A stretch of 64,000 nt of DNA from an uncultured candidate division Zixibacteria bacterium (GCA_963713865.1 OY970208.1:448001-512000); one strand, 5' to 3'. Positions 28,790 through 38,933 are shown, numbered from the stretch's first letter. The notes: generated from the letters alone by a model not told the origin. Program-made: numbers and translations.

Positions 28790-29737
28790 ATGAGAGAGAA
28801 AAGAATTTTAGTTGGAGCAGTTATATTTTTACTGTTATTTACCTCAATTAGTTTGGGAACAAACTCGAAAGTGGGAACCACTGCCTATCCCTTCTTAAAA
28901 GTTGGTGTGGGAGCCCGGGCTTCTGCTCTGGGTGGCGCTTTTGTGGGTTTATCAGATGATGAATCAGCTTTATATTTTAACCCGGCTGGCCTTTTGCAAT
29001 TGAAAGGCAATCATTTCATCACCTATTACAACAACTTTATTACCGACATTCAATCTGGCTTTGTGGGTTATATCCATCCCTATTCAGAAAAAGTCAACTT
29101 AGGTTTATCCATAAACTATTTCAACTACGGTTCAATGGAGGAGACAGACAGTTCTGGCAGAAGTTTGGGGACTTTTGGAGCAGGTGATTTGTGTTTTGCC
29201 TTCTCTTATGCCAGAGATATTAAGCCCAGACTGGATTTGGGTGCAAATGTAAAGTTCATCCTGGAAAACGAGAGTGCCCAGGGTCATTCCTCAGATGCTT
29301 TAGCCTTAGATTTAGGTGGATTTTATCAGCTCAAAGATGAGCGCACCAGATTCGGGGCAGTAGTTCAAAACTTAGGATTTCAGCTTAAAGGATTTACCTC
29401 AAGCCATAAAGACCCTTTGCCCACTGTGGTAAAAGCAGGGATCTCACACAACTTAAAAGAGGTTCCTCTCTTAGTGGCAGGTGATGTGTCTTTACCCTTT
29501 GATAATGACATCTACTTCAGTTTAGGAGGGGAGATAACCTATTTTAAACCTCTTTTCTTGAGACTGGGCTGGACCTCTTTTGGTGAAAATTTCAAAACCG
29601 ACTCAGATAAAGATAAGTGGGCTGGGGTTTCTTTGGGTTTTGGGATGCACTGGAGAAAATATAAATTCGATTATGCTTATTCCTCCTATGCAGATTTAGG
29701 AGGGATACACCGGATAACCATAGCCGGCGGGATATAA
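28790..29737 (+). CDS. PorV/UPF0164-family outer-membrane beta-barrel
   Basis: Signal peptide; FLKVGVGARASALGGAF, YFNPAGL and DYAY motifs. Confidence 0.85.
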   Translation: MREKRILVGAVIFLLLFTSISLGTNSKVGTTAYPFLKVGVGARASALGGAFVGLSDDESALYFNPAGLLQLKGNHFITYYNNFITDIQSGFVGYIHPYSEKVNLGLSINYFNYGSMEETDSSGRSLGTFGAGDLCFAFSYARDIKPRLDLGANVKFILENESAQGHSSDALALDLGGFYQLKDERTRFGAVVQNLGFQLKGFTSSHKDPLPTVVKAGISHNLKEVPLLVAGDVSLPFDNDIYFSLGGEITYFKPLFLRLGWTSFGENFKTDSDKDKWAGVSLGFGMHWRKYKFDYAYSSYADLGGIHRITIAGGI

Positions 29738-29762
29738 ACTTTTATATTCAGGAGGGGAAAAG

Positions 29763-30020
29763 ATGCCAGAAGAAGAAATTGGGAAAATAGCGGATTATTT
29801 TGCTAAAATCAATGTAGCTGCCATTGACATTACCAAAGGCACTTTAAAAGTTGGAGACACAATCCATATCAAAGGACATACCACAGATTTTGAACAAGCG
29901 GTTGATTCGATCCAGATAGAACATCAGAGTGTCCCGGAGGCAAAGCCTGGCGATTCTATCGGCATAAAGGTGAAAGATAAGGTCAGGGACCACGATATTG
30001 TCTATAAGGTACTTCCTTAA
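29763..30020 (+). CDS. Small translation-elongation-factor-like beta-barrel protein
   Basis: IGKI.DYF.KI.VA, LKVGDTIHIKG.TTDF.Q.V.S and GD.IGIKV motifs. Confidence 0.8.
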   Translation: MPEEEIGKIADYFAKINVAAIDITKGTLKVGDTIHIKGHTTDFEQAVDSIQIEHQSVPEAKPGDSIGIKVKDKVRDHDIVYKVLP

Positions 30021-30029
30021 CTTAAAGAG

Positions 30030-30120
30030 TGTCATTCTGAGGGAGTCCGCCTTTGGCGAGACGACTGAAGAATCTCTTGATTTATATGGAGATTCTTCGC
30101 CCTTCGGGGTCAGAATGACA
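30030..30120. repeat. Palindromic element, TGTCATTCTGA...CAGAATGACA family (RPE-like)
   Basis: Terminal inverted repeats plus inner GAAGAATCTC/GAGATTCTTC. Second copy at 42649-42738; related GTCATTGCGAG element at 50988-51092. Confidence 0.8.
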
Positions 30121-30197
30121 AATAATTAATTCCAGTTTTACAGTGTTACTGAAAGGTCTGACCTGAGAGAGACATTATTGATTAAGAGGAGGATAAC

Positions 30198-30677
30198 TTG
30201 ATAAAAATCCCAGGAGGTGTTGATTTCAAGGGTATTCCGGTAGAGGAAAAATATAAAAGCGCCACTGCCGGGCTTTTGCAAAGAGTACATACAATCTATA
30301 AAGGGCTTTATCAGAGATTTGGCCAGCAGGGATTAGACCTGATCCGGGAGGTAAGCGAAACCTACGGAAAAGAAATTGCTGAAAGGGGCAAGAAGAGGGT
30401 TAAACCGGGAGATGTGAAATCCGCAGGGCTTTTTCTCATGCGGGTTTTTGATATGATTAACTGCGAGGGGGAGGTAACAGAATTTTCAGACGACAAAGTA
30501 GTCATCCGCCTTTTCAAATGTCCTTACCCTTTTGACGACCCCAAAATCTGCGAAGCGCATACCGCCATGGAAAAAGCACTGATAGAATCTTTAAGCGACG
30601 AATTTTTCTATAAGATTACCGAATCTATCCCCTCGGGTGGAAGGTTCTGCGAGCATGTGATCAGTTTAAAAAAGTAG
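30198..30677 (+). CDS. L-2-amino-thiazoline-4-carboxylate hydrolase / V4R-like small protein
   Basis: KCPY..., ICE and G...CE Cys pattern; GAGGAGG RBS with TTG start. Confidence 0.6.
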   Translation: MIKIPGGVDFKGIPVEEKYKSATAGLLQRVHTIYKGLYQRFGQQGLDLIREVSETYGKEIAERGKKRVKPGDVKSAGLFLMRVFDMINCEGEVTEFSDDKVVIRLFKCPYPFDDPKICEAHTAMEKALIESLSDEFFYKITESIPSGGRFCEHVISLKK

Positions 30678-30945
30678 GGACAGAATCCACCTCAGGCGGA
30701 TTCTGTCCTGTGTTATTTTTTAGTGCTTTAAAGCTGGGACAGGGATTGCACCCCTGTCCCATTTACGAGCAGGGTGAGATTTGGTAGGTCAAGTATGTCC
30801 AAGGGACTGCTTGACAAAATTGATTGCTTTGAGATTCTTCGGTAATAGCACCCTCAAACCAGTTTGAGGGTGCCACCCACAGTGGAACAGACATCTTGTC
30901 TGTTCTTCAGGTTATTCGTTGCTACAGGAGTAGCAACGCTACGTA
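30674..30945. repeat. Cluster of diverse REP-like hairpins
   Basis: At least six different hairpins, e.g. GGGACAGGG/CCCTGTCCC, GCACCCTCAAAC/GTTTGAGGGTGC, GAACAGAC/GTCTGTTC and CGTTGCTAC/GTAGCAACG. Confidence 0.75.
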
Positions 30946-30953
30946 TTTAAAAT

Positions 30954-31697
30954 ATGCTCGACACCATTACCTTTGACCTCTGGAATACTCTGATATATTT
31001 CTCGCCTGAGGACAATCTCAAATTCAAAAATAAGAGAATTGAAGGATTTATCGAAGTTCTAAAAAATATCGGGGTTAATTTGTCCAGAGAAGAGATGGAG
31101 AAAGCCTATGATGAGAGTTCCGAGAGATATAAGCCTATCCGGGAAAGAGAAGAGGATATCTCTACCCGGGAGCAGGTTCAGATAATCTTAGACTGTTTAG
31201 AGACTCATGGTTTTAAAGAATTTGATGAAGAGGTTTTGAATAGATTAGAGGAGGTGCTAGCAAATCAGATACTTACAGAGCTTCCAATCCTTGAAGAAGG
31301 TAGCGAAGAGATACTGAGTTATCTTAAGAATAAAAATTATAAAATTGGTCTTATCTGTAACACCGGCAGGACACCGGGAAAAGTTTTAAGGGAAGTGCTT
31401 AAAAGAAAAAATATATTTCAATTTTTCAAAGTTTTGACTTTCTCAGACGAATTGAGGATTCGCAAACCAAATTCCAAAATTTTTATTTCTACCCTTAAAA
31501 CACTTGATAGTTCCCCAGATTCTTCTTTACACATAGGGGATTTGCTGGAATCCGATATCTTAGGAGCTAAAAGATGCGGGATGAAAGCGGGCTGGATTTG
31601 CCCGGAGTGGGATAGATGCCAGATAGATTTTCTGCCTGAACAAAGACCAGATTTCATTTTGCCCAATCTGACTTCTATTAAAAAAAATTTAACGTAG
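30954..31697 (+). CDS. HAD-family hydrolase
   Basis: FDLWNTL, ICNT, RKP and HIGD...DILGA motifs. Confidence 0.9.
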   Translation: MLDTITFDLWNTLIYFSPEDNLKFKNKRIEGFIEVLKNIGVNLSREEMEKAYDESSERYKPIREREEDISTREQVQIILDCLETHGFKEFDEEVLNRLEEVLANQILTELPILEEGSEEILSYLKNKNYKIGLICNTGRTPGKVLREVLKRKNIFQFFKVLTFSDELRIRKPNSKIFISTLKTLDSSPDSSLHIGDLLESDILGAKRCGMKAGWICPEWDRCQIDFLPEQRPDFILPNLTSIKKNLT

Positions 31698-31943
31698 ATA
31701 GAGTCTAATTCCTCAAGAAGCATAACCTAATAGATTAATTCTGCCGATATATTTTATGCGAATATAACTTTAAGGGGGATAGAGGTCTATAGAAAGCCGG
31801 GAGCGAGCAATAAGACAGTTTCTTATGTTTTTTTTAGGCCACCCGCCTTTATAAAACTATTTTCATAGGAGGTCTTGGATTATTTTCTTGACAGCATTAA
31901 GAAAAACTTTATATTGAAAAACTCTGAAATGAGGTGAGTTAGA

Positions 31944-32996
31944 ATGAAGATCGGTATTTTAACTGGCGGAGGGGATTGTCCGGGGCTCAATGCAGTTATC
32001 CGGGCAGTGGTGAGAAAATCAGTCCTTTTTTACAATTCAAGAGTGATTGGGATACTGGAGGGCTGGAGAGGTCTTTTAGAGGAGGGATTGACTGAAGACT
32101 TAGACTTAAACCAGGTTTCAGGAATTCTGCATCGTGGAGGGACCATTATCAAAACCTCCCGTACCAATCCTTATAAAGTTGAAGATGGGGAGAAAAGGGT
32201 TATAGAGAATAAAAGGAAAATGGGGCTGGATGCAATTGTAGCAGTAGGGGGAGAGGATACCTTAGGAGTTGCCGCCAAGCTTTACCAGGCAGGAGTAAAG
32301 ATTGTCGGGGTTCCCAAGACCATAGATAATGACCTGGCAATGACAGATTATACTTTCGGATTTGATACTGCAGTGAATATCGCCATGGAGGCTATTGACC
32401 GGGTGCATACTACTGCAGAATCGCATAACCGGGTGATGGTGGTTGAGGTTATGGGCAGGCATACTGGATGGATAGCCATTGAATCCGGTATTGCCGGAGG
32501 CGCAGATATTATTCTGATTCCGGAAAAACCGGTGAATTTGGATAAAGTCTGTGAAAGCATCCGGAAGAGACATGCACGGGGTAAAGATTTTAGCATCGTG
32601 GTTGTGGCTGAGGGAGCCAGGGTAGCCTTAGGAGAAGAGGATCAAAAGAAAGAGACTTTCATTGTGCAGGACGAGTGTAAGGATGCCTTTGGTCATGTGA
32701 GACTGGGTGGAATCGGGAAGATCTTAGCCACCGAGATAGAGAAGAGGACCGGTTTTGAGTCCAGATTTGTAATCCTGGGTCATATCCAGAGAGGTGGTAC
32801 ACCCACAGCTTTTGATAGGGTTTTAGGTACCCGTTTTGGAATAGCGGCTGTGGATTTGGTCCATCAGGGAAGATTCGGAAAAATGGTCAGTTTGCAGGGT
32901 AATAAAATTATCCCTGTAGATCTTAAAGAAGCAGTTGCAGGTACCAAATATGTGGATGAGGAGCTTTATAAAATCGCAGATATTTTCTCAGCTTAA
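31944..32996 (+). CDS. pfkA: 6-phosphofructokinase (group III, probably PPi-dependent)
   Basis: TGGGDCPGLN, GGEDT, PKTIDND, MGR and LGHIQRGG motifs. Confidence 0.93.
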   Translation: MKIGILTGGGDCPGLNAVIRAVVRKSVLFYNSRVIGILEGWRGLLEEGLTEDLDLNQVSGILHRGGTIIKTSRTNPYKVEDGEKRVIENKRKMGLDAIVAVGGEDTLGVAAKLYQAGVKIVGVPKTIDNDLAMTDYTFGFDTAVNIAMEAIDRVHTTAESHNRVMVVEVMGRHTGWIAIESGIAGGADIILIPEKPVNLDKVCESIRKRHARGKDFSIVVVAEGARVALGEEDQKKETFIVQDECKDAFGHVRLGGIGKILATEIEKRTGFESRFVILGHIQRGGTPTAFDRVLGTRFGIAAVDLVHQGRFGKMVSLQGNKIIPVDLKEAVAGTKYVDEELYKIADIFSA

Positions 32997-33035
32997 ACCA
33001 ATAATCCACTTTTTAGACGTATAAAGTTTATAAAG

Positions 33036-33707
33036 ATGAAAAATTTATTATCCAGGATAGTTTTTTTATCACTTATGATTTTTTTCACAGGTTTGTTCTG
33101 GGCTGAGTTCAGCTGGGGAGTTGATCTTAGCACTAAAGATTTGATTGGTTTTAGAGGAGGAGTCTGGAAAGTTGAAAAAGCTGAGGAATTGCCATCATTC
33201 ATTGAGGCAAAAACTTACACCCCTTATATTGAATTTTTTATTTCCTATGGGATAAGAAAGGGGTTTTCCTTAGAGCTCAATTTCGGAGCAGGTTACCGGG
33301 GGGATACTAAATTTATAATTCCGGAGGGGTATTACTGGGAAAACTGGAATTTATACCCGATCTCCGGAAAGATCAAATACTCCTTCTTATCAACCTACTC
33401 CCCTAAGATTTATCAACCCTATTTTGATTTAGGCTTGACTTTTCTAACCAGCACCAGCACTTATAATGACCCCTATTATCTGGATGTCACCTATGTAAAT
33501 ACAAAAACTACCTTGGGAGCTTTAGCCGGATGGGGCCTGGATCTTAGCCTTTCTTCAAGGATATTACTTAACCTCGATTTTCAATATCGCTGGGTGAGTT
33601 TCAAGCATGAGGTTGCCGGGATTAAAAATTATAGTGGTCCGCAGTTGACTTTTGGCTTGGAATATATTATTAAACATAAAAAAGCAAAAGGTATCAATAA
33701 GCCTTAA
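33036..33707 (+). CDS. Small outer-membrane beta-barrel (OmpW/OmpA-membrane-like)
   Basis: Signal peptide; QPYF.LG, G.DL.LS..I.LN.DFQY and final strand FGLEY. Confidence 0.7.
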   Translation: MKNLLSRIVFLSLMIFFTGLFWAEFSWGVDLSTKDLIGFRGGVWKVEKAEELPSFIEAKTYTPYIEFFISYGIRKGFSLELNFGAGYRGDTKFIIPEGYYWENWNLYPISGKIKYSFLSTYSPKIYQPYFDLGLTFLTSTSTYNDPYYLDVTYVNTKTTLGALAGWGLDLSLSSRILLNLDFQYRWVSFKHEVAGIKNYSGPQLTFGLEYIIKHKKAKGINKP

Positions 33708-33719
33708 GGAGGAAAAGAC

Positions 33720-34727
33720 ATGGCTATAAAAATTGGAATCAACGGATTTGGCAGGATCGGGAGGCTGGTTTACCGGGCAGGTTACCAAAATCAAAATTTA
33801 GAGTTTGTGGCTACCAATGACGTGACCGATGCAAAGACCTTAGCTCATCTTTTAAAATATGATTCGGTACACGGGAAGATGGAAGCTGAAATAAAAGCAG
33901 AGGGGAACAAGATAATAGTGAATGGTAAAAGCTTGGAAGTTTACAGCGAGAAAGACCCGTCCGCCCTTCCCTGGAGCAAGCTGGGAGTGTCGATCGTGGT
34001 GGAATCAACCGGTAAATACACAGACGGAAAGTCTGCGATGAAACATATCGAAGCTGGTGCTAAAAAGGTTCTAATCTCAGCCCCGGCTAAAAAATCAGAT
34101 GTCCCGGTTCAAACCATTATTTTAGGTGTAAATGATGACAAATACGACCCAAAGAAATTCCAGATCTTTACCATAGGCTCCTGCACCACCAACTGCCTGG
34201 CACCAGTTGCCAAGGTTATCAATGACAACTTTGGCATAAAGTATGGCTTTATGACCACCATCCACGCTTATACCAATGACCAGCGGATATTGGATACCCC
34301 TCATAAGGATTTAAGAAGGGCCAGGGCTGCAGCTGTATCTATGATCCCTACTACCACAGGAGCGGCTAAGGCACTCTCTTTGGTCCTGCCTGAATTAGAA
34401 GGAAAATTAGATGGGGTTGCAGTCAGGGTTCCAGTGTGCAACGGCTCTTTAGTAGATTTAGTCTGCGAGACCGAAAAAGAGGTAAGTGTGGAAAGTGTTA
34501 ATGTTGCATTTAAAAAGGCAACGGAAGGCAAGATGAAAAAATATATCGAATATTGTGAGGACCCGATTGTCTCCTGCGACGTGATAGGAAACCCTCATTC
34601 CTCCATCTTCGATGTAGCTTCCACTATGGTCAAGGGAAAAAATCTTTTGAAGGTTTTTGCCTGGTATGATAACGAATGGGGATTCTCTTTGAGGATGATA
34701 GAGATGTTAGAGTTGATGGGGAAATAA
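33720..34727 (+). CDS. gap: Type I glyceraldehyde-3-phosphate dehydrogenase
   Basis: GINGFGRIGR, SCTTNC and WYDNEWG motifs. Confidence 0.97.
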   Translation: MAIKIGINGFGRIGRLVYRAGYQNQNLEFVATNDVTDAKTLAHLLKYDSVHGKMEAEIKAEGNKIIVNGKSLEVYSEKDPSALPWSKLGVSIVVESTGKYTDGKSAMKHIEAGAKKVLISAPAKKSDVPVQTIILGVNDDKYDPKKFQIFTIGSCTTNCLAPVAKVINDNFGIKYGFMTTIHAYTNDQRILDTPHKDLRRARAAAVSMIPTTTGAAKALSLVLPELEGKLDGVAVRVPVCNGSLVDLVCETEKEVSVESVNVAFKKATEGKMKKYIEYCEDPIVSCDVIGNPHSSIFDVASTMVKGKNLLKVFAWYDNEWGFSLRMIEMLELMGK

Positions 34728-34843
34728 TAAATAAAGGTTCAAAAGTTCAAGGGTTCAAAGGTTTAAGGGAAAATAAAAAAAAGAAGAAAAAGAGAGAAGT
34801 GAGAAGAAAGACGTGAGACAAAAATTTGGGGAGGATAAAAAAG

Positions 34844-36040
34844 ATGAATAAATTGACCATAGATGATCTGAAGTTGAAGGATAAAAGGGTCCTGGTCAGG
34901 GTTGATTTCAATGTGCCTTTGAATGAGAAAAAAGAGGTGGCGGATGATACCCGCATCGTGGAATCTCTACCGACGATCAAAAAAATCTTAAACGATGGCG
35001 GGAAGGCTATCCTGATGTCCCATTTGGGCAGACCCAAGGGGAAAGACCCTAATTTGAGTTTAGCTCCGGTAGCTAAAAGATTGGAAAAACTTTTGGGCAA
35101 ACCGGTTAAATTCGTAGATGATTGTATTGGTGAAAAAGTGGAAAAAGCTGTTTCAGGGCTTAAGAGTTCTGAATGCCTGCTCCTGGAAAATCTCAGGTTT
35201 TATCCACAGGAGGAGAAAAACGACCCGGAATTTGCAAAAAGTTTAGCTAAATGGGGTGAGGTTTATATAAATGATGCTTTTGGCACTGCTCACCGCGCGC
35301 ATGCCTCGACTGAAGGGGTAACTAAATATATTAAGGAGTGTGCAGCCGGATATTTAATGCAGAAGGAGTTGAAATATCTGGGTATGGCATTAACCCAGCC
35401 CAAAAGACCCTTTATAGCTATCCTGGGAGGGGCAAAGATATCCGGGAAAATTGATGTCATTAAAAACCTTCTGGATAAAGTTGACACCCTTTTAATTGGT
35501 GGTGGGATGGCTTTCACTTTTTATAAAGCTATGGGAAAAGAGATTGGTTCTTCCATCTTGGAAGGGGATAAAGTCGAATTAGCCAAGGAGATATTAGCTG
35601 AAGCAGAAAAAAAGAAGGTCGATTTAGAGCTTCCAGATGATTTCATAATTGCACCTGAAGCCAAAGAAGATACCTCTACCAAGGTAGTGAATAAAGACAA
35701 TATTCCTGTTGGCTGGAAAGGGTTAGATATAGGTCCTGAAACTCTAAAACTTTTCAGGGAAAAGATTGAAAATGCCAAAACTGTTGTCTGGAACGGGCCA
35801 ATGGGTGTCTTTGAAGTGGATAAATTTTCTAAAGGAACCATAGGAGTTGCTGACCAGCTTGCCCGGATAACCAGGAAAGGTGCGACCACAATTGTGGGTG
35901 GTGGGGATTCAGTTGCGGCTTTAGCCAAGGTAAATTTAGAAAAGGAGATGACTCACGTTTCCACGGGAGGAGGAGCTTCTTTAGAATTCTTAGAAGGGAA
36001 GACTCTACCCGGAGTGGCAGCTTTGACTGATAAAAAGTAA
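34844..36040 (+). CDS. pgk: Phosphoglycerate kinase
   Basis: RVDFNVP, SHLGRP, NDAFGTAHRAH and STGGGASLE motifs. Confidence 0.97.
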   Translation: MNKLTIDDLKLKDKRVLVRVDFNVPLNEKKEVADDTRIVESLPTIKKILNDGGKAILMSHLGRPKGKDPNLSLAPVAKRLEKLLGKPVKFVDDCIGEKVEKAVSGLKSSECLLLENLRFYPQEEKNDPEFAKSLAKWGEVYINDAFGTAHRAHASTEGVTKYIKECAAGYLMQKELKYLGMALTQPKRPFIAILGGAKISGKIDVIKNLLDKVDTLLIGGGMAFTFYKAMGKEIGSSILEGDKVELAKEILAEAEKKKVDLELPDDFIIAPEAKEDTSTKVVNKDNIPVGWKGLDIGPETLKLFREKIENAKTVVWNGPMGVFEVDKFSKGTIGVADQLARITRKGATTIVGGGDSVAALAKVNLEKEMTHVSTGGGASLEFLEGKTLPGVAALTDKK

Positions 36041-36157
36041 ACTATAATCTTTGTCCGGGAAACGGATCTACAGGAGAGGAGAAAAAGAAAGAAATTGAAC
36101 GAAAAAAATAATCATAAATCCGAATTTAAAGGACCTAATAATCGCCATAATTCAGGG

Positions 36158-36930
36158 ATGAATAAGAAAACCAGATCTCTTTTTATCGCCGGCAACTGGA
36201 AGATGTACAAGGACCATAAGGAAGGCTCAATCTTAGCTTCTGCCCTTAAGGAAAGATTAGCTGATGTATCCACCATCCAGATGGTTTTATGTCCACCTTT
36301 CACCTCTTTACAGGCAGTGTCTTCAGCTATAGAAGGCTCCGCTTTCTTTTTAGGTGCTCAAAATGTTCACTGGGAAAAGGAGGGTGCTTTTACCGGAGAT
36401 ATTCCTCTCAGATGCTTTTATCTTTAGGCTGTAAATATGTTATAATCGGTCATTCGGAAAGGAGACTTCTCTTTCATGAAAGTAACAAAATAGTCAACCT
36501 TAAGCTCAAAACTGCTTTAAAAGAAGGGTTAATCCCGATTCTATGTGTAGGCGAGACCCTGCAGGAAAGGGAAAAGGGGAAAACCGAAGAGATAGTCGAA
36601 GAACAGCTCAAAGGCGCTTTTGAGGATTTGACTCCCGAGGATGTGGGGAAGATAGTTTTAGCTTATGAGCCAGTCTGGGCTATAGGAACAGGCAAAACCG
36701 CCACTCCCAAGCAAGCCAATGACATGCACCTTTTCATCCGTAGAAAACTTGAGGAAAGATATGCTCAGGAGATAGCTGCGAACAAGAGAATACTTTACGG
36801 AGGTTCGGTAAAACCGGAGAATGCTAAAGACCTTTTAAAGGAACAGGAGATAGATGGTGCCCTGGTCGGGGGCGCAAGTTTAGATCTGGATTCTTTTGAG
36901 AAGATAGTGAGAAGTGGTTTGGATTTGTAG
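36158..36930 (+). CDS. tpiA: Triosephosphate isomerase, split by a 1-nt frameshift near 36400
   Basis: AGNWKM...GAFTG in one frame; GHSERR, AYEPVWAIGTG, YGGSV and LVGGAS in the other. Confidence 0.9.
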
Positions 36931-36966
36931 TTTTCAATATTCATCTTTGGTTGAAAAGGAGGTATT

Positions 36967-37371
36967 TTGTACGCTTTTTTGATTCTTTTGCATGTGATTA
37001 TATGTGCCGCTTTAATAATCACGGTTCTTTTGCAGTCGAGCAAGGGAGAGGGATTAGCTGGTGCTTTTGGTGGCTCAGGGATTACCGGTGCGGTTTTTGG
37101 TGGAAGGGGAGCAGCTACATTTCTCTCTAAAGCCACTACAATTTTAGCGATCGCCTTTTTTGTCAGCTCTATTGCTTTGACCTTTATAACTCCCATAACC
37201 GGGACCAGAGGCGGTGGTGCAGGGAAAAGTGCAATAAGCCAGGAGGCACAAAAAGAAAAAGGACAGGGCTCTTTGCCTGCAACCGGGATTCCAGGGACAA
37301 CCCAGGAAACTCAGCCTCAAACAGATAATAAGGTTGAATTACCTCCTCCCCCACAAGGTGGTGGGAAATAG
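36967..37371 (+). CDS. secG: Preprotein translocase subunit SecG
   Basis: VLLQSSKG.GLAGAFGG...FLSKAT; conserved position after tpiA. Confidence 0.93.
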   Translation: MYAFLILLHVIICAALIITVLLQSSKGEGLAGAFGGSGITGAVFGGRGAATFLSKATTILAIAFFVSSIALTFITPITGTRGGGAGKSAISQEAQKEKGQGSLPATGIPGTTQETQPQTDNKVELPPPPQGGGK

Positions 37372-37400
37372 TTCGTTTAGAGAAACTAAAGTAAGGGTTT

Positions 37401-37482
37401 GCGGAAGTGGTGGAATTGGCAGACACGCTATCTTGAGGGGGTAGTGGGGTGACCCGTGGGGGTTCAAGTCCCCCCTTCCGCA
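37401..37482 (+). tRNA. tRNA-Leu(GAG), CCA not encoded
   Basis: Acceptor GCGGAAG/CTTCCGC, D-loop TGG, anticodon stem CTATC-TT GAG GG-GGTAG, long variable arm, GTTCAA T-loop. Confidence 0.95.
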
Positions 37483-37497
37483 GTTCTTTTAGGCAAA

Positions 37498-37520
37498 GCA
37501 TCCAAGTGGATGCATTTTTT
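37498..37520 (+). terminator. Rho-independent terminator after tRNA-Leu
   Basis: GCATCCA-AG-TGGATGC followed by a T-run. Confidence 0.6.
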
Positions 37521-37671
37521 ATTTAAATATTTTTAATAAGAATTCTGGAGTGTACACCTTCAGGTTTACAAAATGAATCGATATTTATTTGCTCGAGTAC
37601 AGAAGCTGTACTACTACACGGAAAAACATGATAGATATTCCCTAAGCAATAATAAAGGTAAAGATAAAGCT

Positions 37672-38928
37672 TTACACTCCAGTGTTTTTTTCTTTAATCT
37701 CTTTAGAACCGATTCGATAAATAACCTCACTCAATCCTAAAACGAAAAACAGTATCATATTATCAATCGCGGCAGTATAATAGCATTGAAATTGTGAAGC
37801 TAATAGATATGCGAATAGAGTTAATAACCCCCCCAAGATTAAAGCTTTTTGGTAACCTTCCTTTATCTCTTTATATCTACGGAGAAGGTTTTTCAATAAA
37901 ATCACCCAGAGAAAAATAAAAGCTAAAAGCCCGATTATCCCGGCATTTACCGCTACATTTAAAAAATCGTTATGCGCATGACCAAAAATCTCAGAAGGTA
38001 TTTTCAGATAGCTCCGGTAAAACTCCGGGAAATTACCAAACCCTATCCCGAAAACAGGATGATCTTTGAAGATGTTAAAAGAGGTTGACCAGATGATTGA
38101 TCTTATATCTGCCCGCTGCAAAGAACCAGCTTTGGCTGCCATAATCGACCTGCCCAATATGCCTGGATCGATTAAATAGATAGCAATAAAGTAGCCAGCT
38201 ACAGCTAAACCCTCTTTCAATTTATGCCTGCTTTTTGAGAAGATAAAAAACAGGATGAAAGCGAAAACTTGTGCATAAAGAGTGCTCCGGGTATAGCTGA
38301 ATAGATTTCCGGTTACACAAAGTACTGAAACTGTAAAATAGAATATTTTCAAGGAAGTTTTTTTCGCATAAGATGCCAGGCAAAAACTGACTATACCTAT
38401 TACCATGGCATAGAAAGCATAAGTTAAAGACAAATTAAAGAAACCGGGGGAGCGGAATTTTCCATAAGGTAGAAGTTGGTCAAGGGGCTTGTGTCTTATC
38501 AGGTCTATCCCGGTATAATGTTGCCAGATAGCGTAAAGTGCTACAATCCCCGATATCAGAAAAATCAGGTGAACTAATTTCCTTATGAAATTTTCGTCCT
38601 TAAGATTGTTTATCAAGAGAAACGGGATTACGAGCAGCCATTCATCCCTGAGACTAACAAGGCTTCGGACTGGATTCTGGGAGAAGACGATCGAGACGAG
38701 GTAAGCTCCTAAATAGACTAAAACCGGCAGTTCAAAGAAGGAGCTTTCCCAGTTAAAACCTTTTTTAGAGATAATTCTCCAGATCCAGCCTAAAAGGGCA
38801 AAACAGAGTCCGGTTTGAGTTCCAGCGATAGAAAAGGGAGAAAAAAATACAAAGAGGAAAAGTCCAAAATTTACTAAAGCTTGAGGTGAGATAAATTTTT
38901 CTTTTTTATTAGAAGATATATCGAGCAT
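37672..38928 (-). CDS. waaL: O-antigen ligase family protein
   Basis: Multi-TM; SYTRS, R..IW, HPVFGIGFGNF and HAHNDFL motifs. Stop codon lies inside a REP. Confidence 0.85.
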   Translation of the reverse strand: MLDISSNKKEKFISPQALVNFGLFLFVFFSPFSIAGTQTGLCFALLGWIWRIISKKGFNWESSFFELPVLVYLGAYLVSIVFSQNPVRSLVSLRDEWLLVIPFLLINNLKDENFIRKLVHLIFLISGIVALYAIWQHYTGIDLIRHKPLDQLLPYGKFRSPGFFNLSLTYAFYAMVIGIVSFCLASYAKKTSLKIFYFTVSVLCVTGNLFSYTRSTLYAQVFAFILFFIFSKSRHKLKEGLAVAGYFIAIYLIDPGILGRSIMAAKAGSLQRADIRSIIWSTSFNIFKDHPVFGIGFGNFPEFYRSYLKIPSEIFGHAHNDFLNVAVNAGIIGLLAFIFLWVILLKNLLRRYKEIKEGYQKALILGGLLTLFAYLLASQFQCYYTAAIDNMILFFVLGLSEVIYRIGSKEIKEKNTGV

Positions 38929-38933
38929 TAGAT

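Noticed and set aside
36380-36420. Programmed ribosomal frameshift in tpiA
   Set aside because: No canonical slippery heptamer or stimulatory structure at the break; similar indels elsewhere point to assembly error.
37401-37700. tRNA-Leu as integration site of a genomic island
   Set aside because: No integrase nearby and no duplicated tRNA 3' end found in the window.
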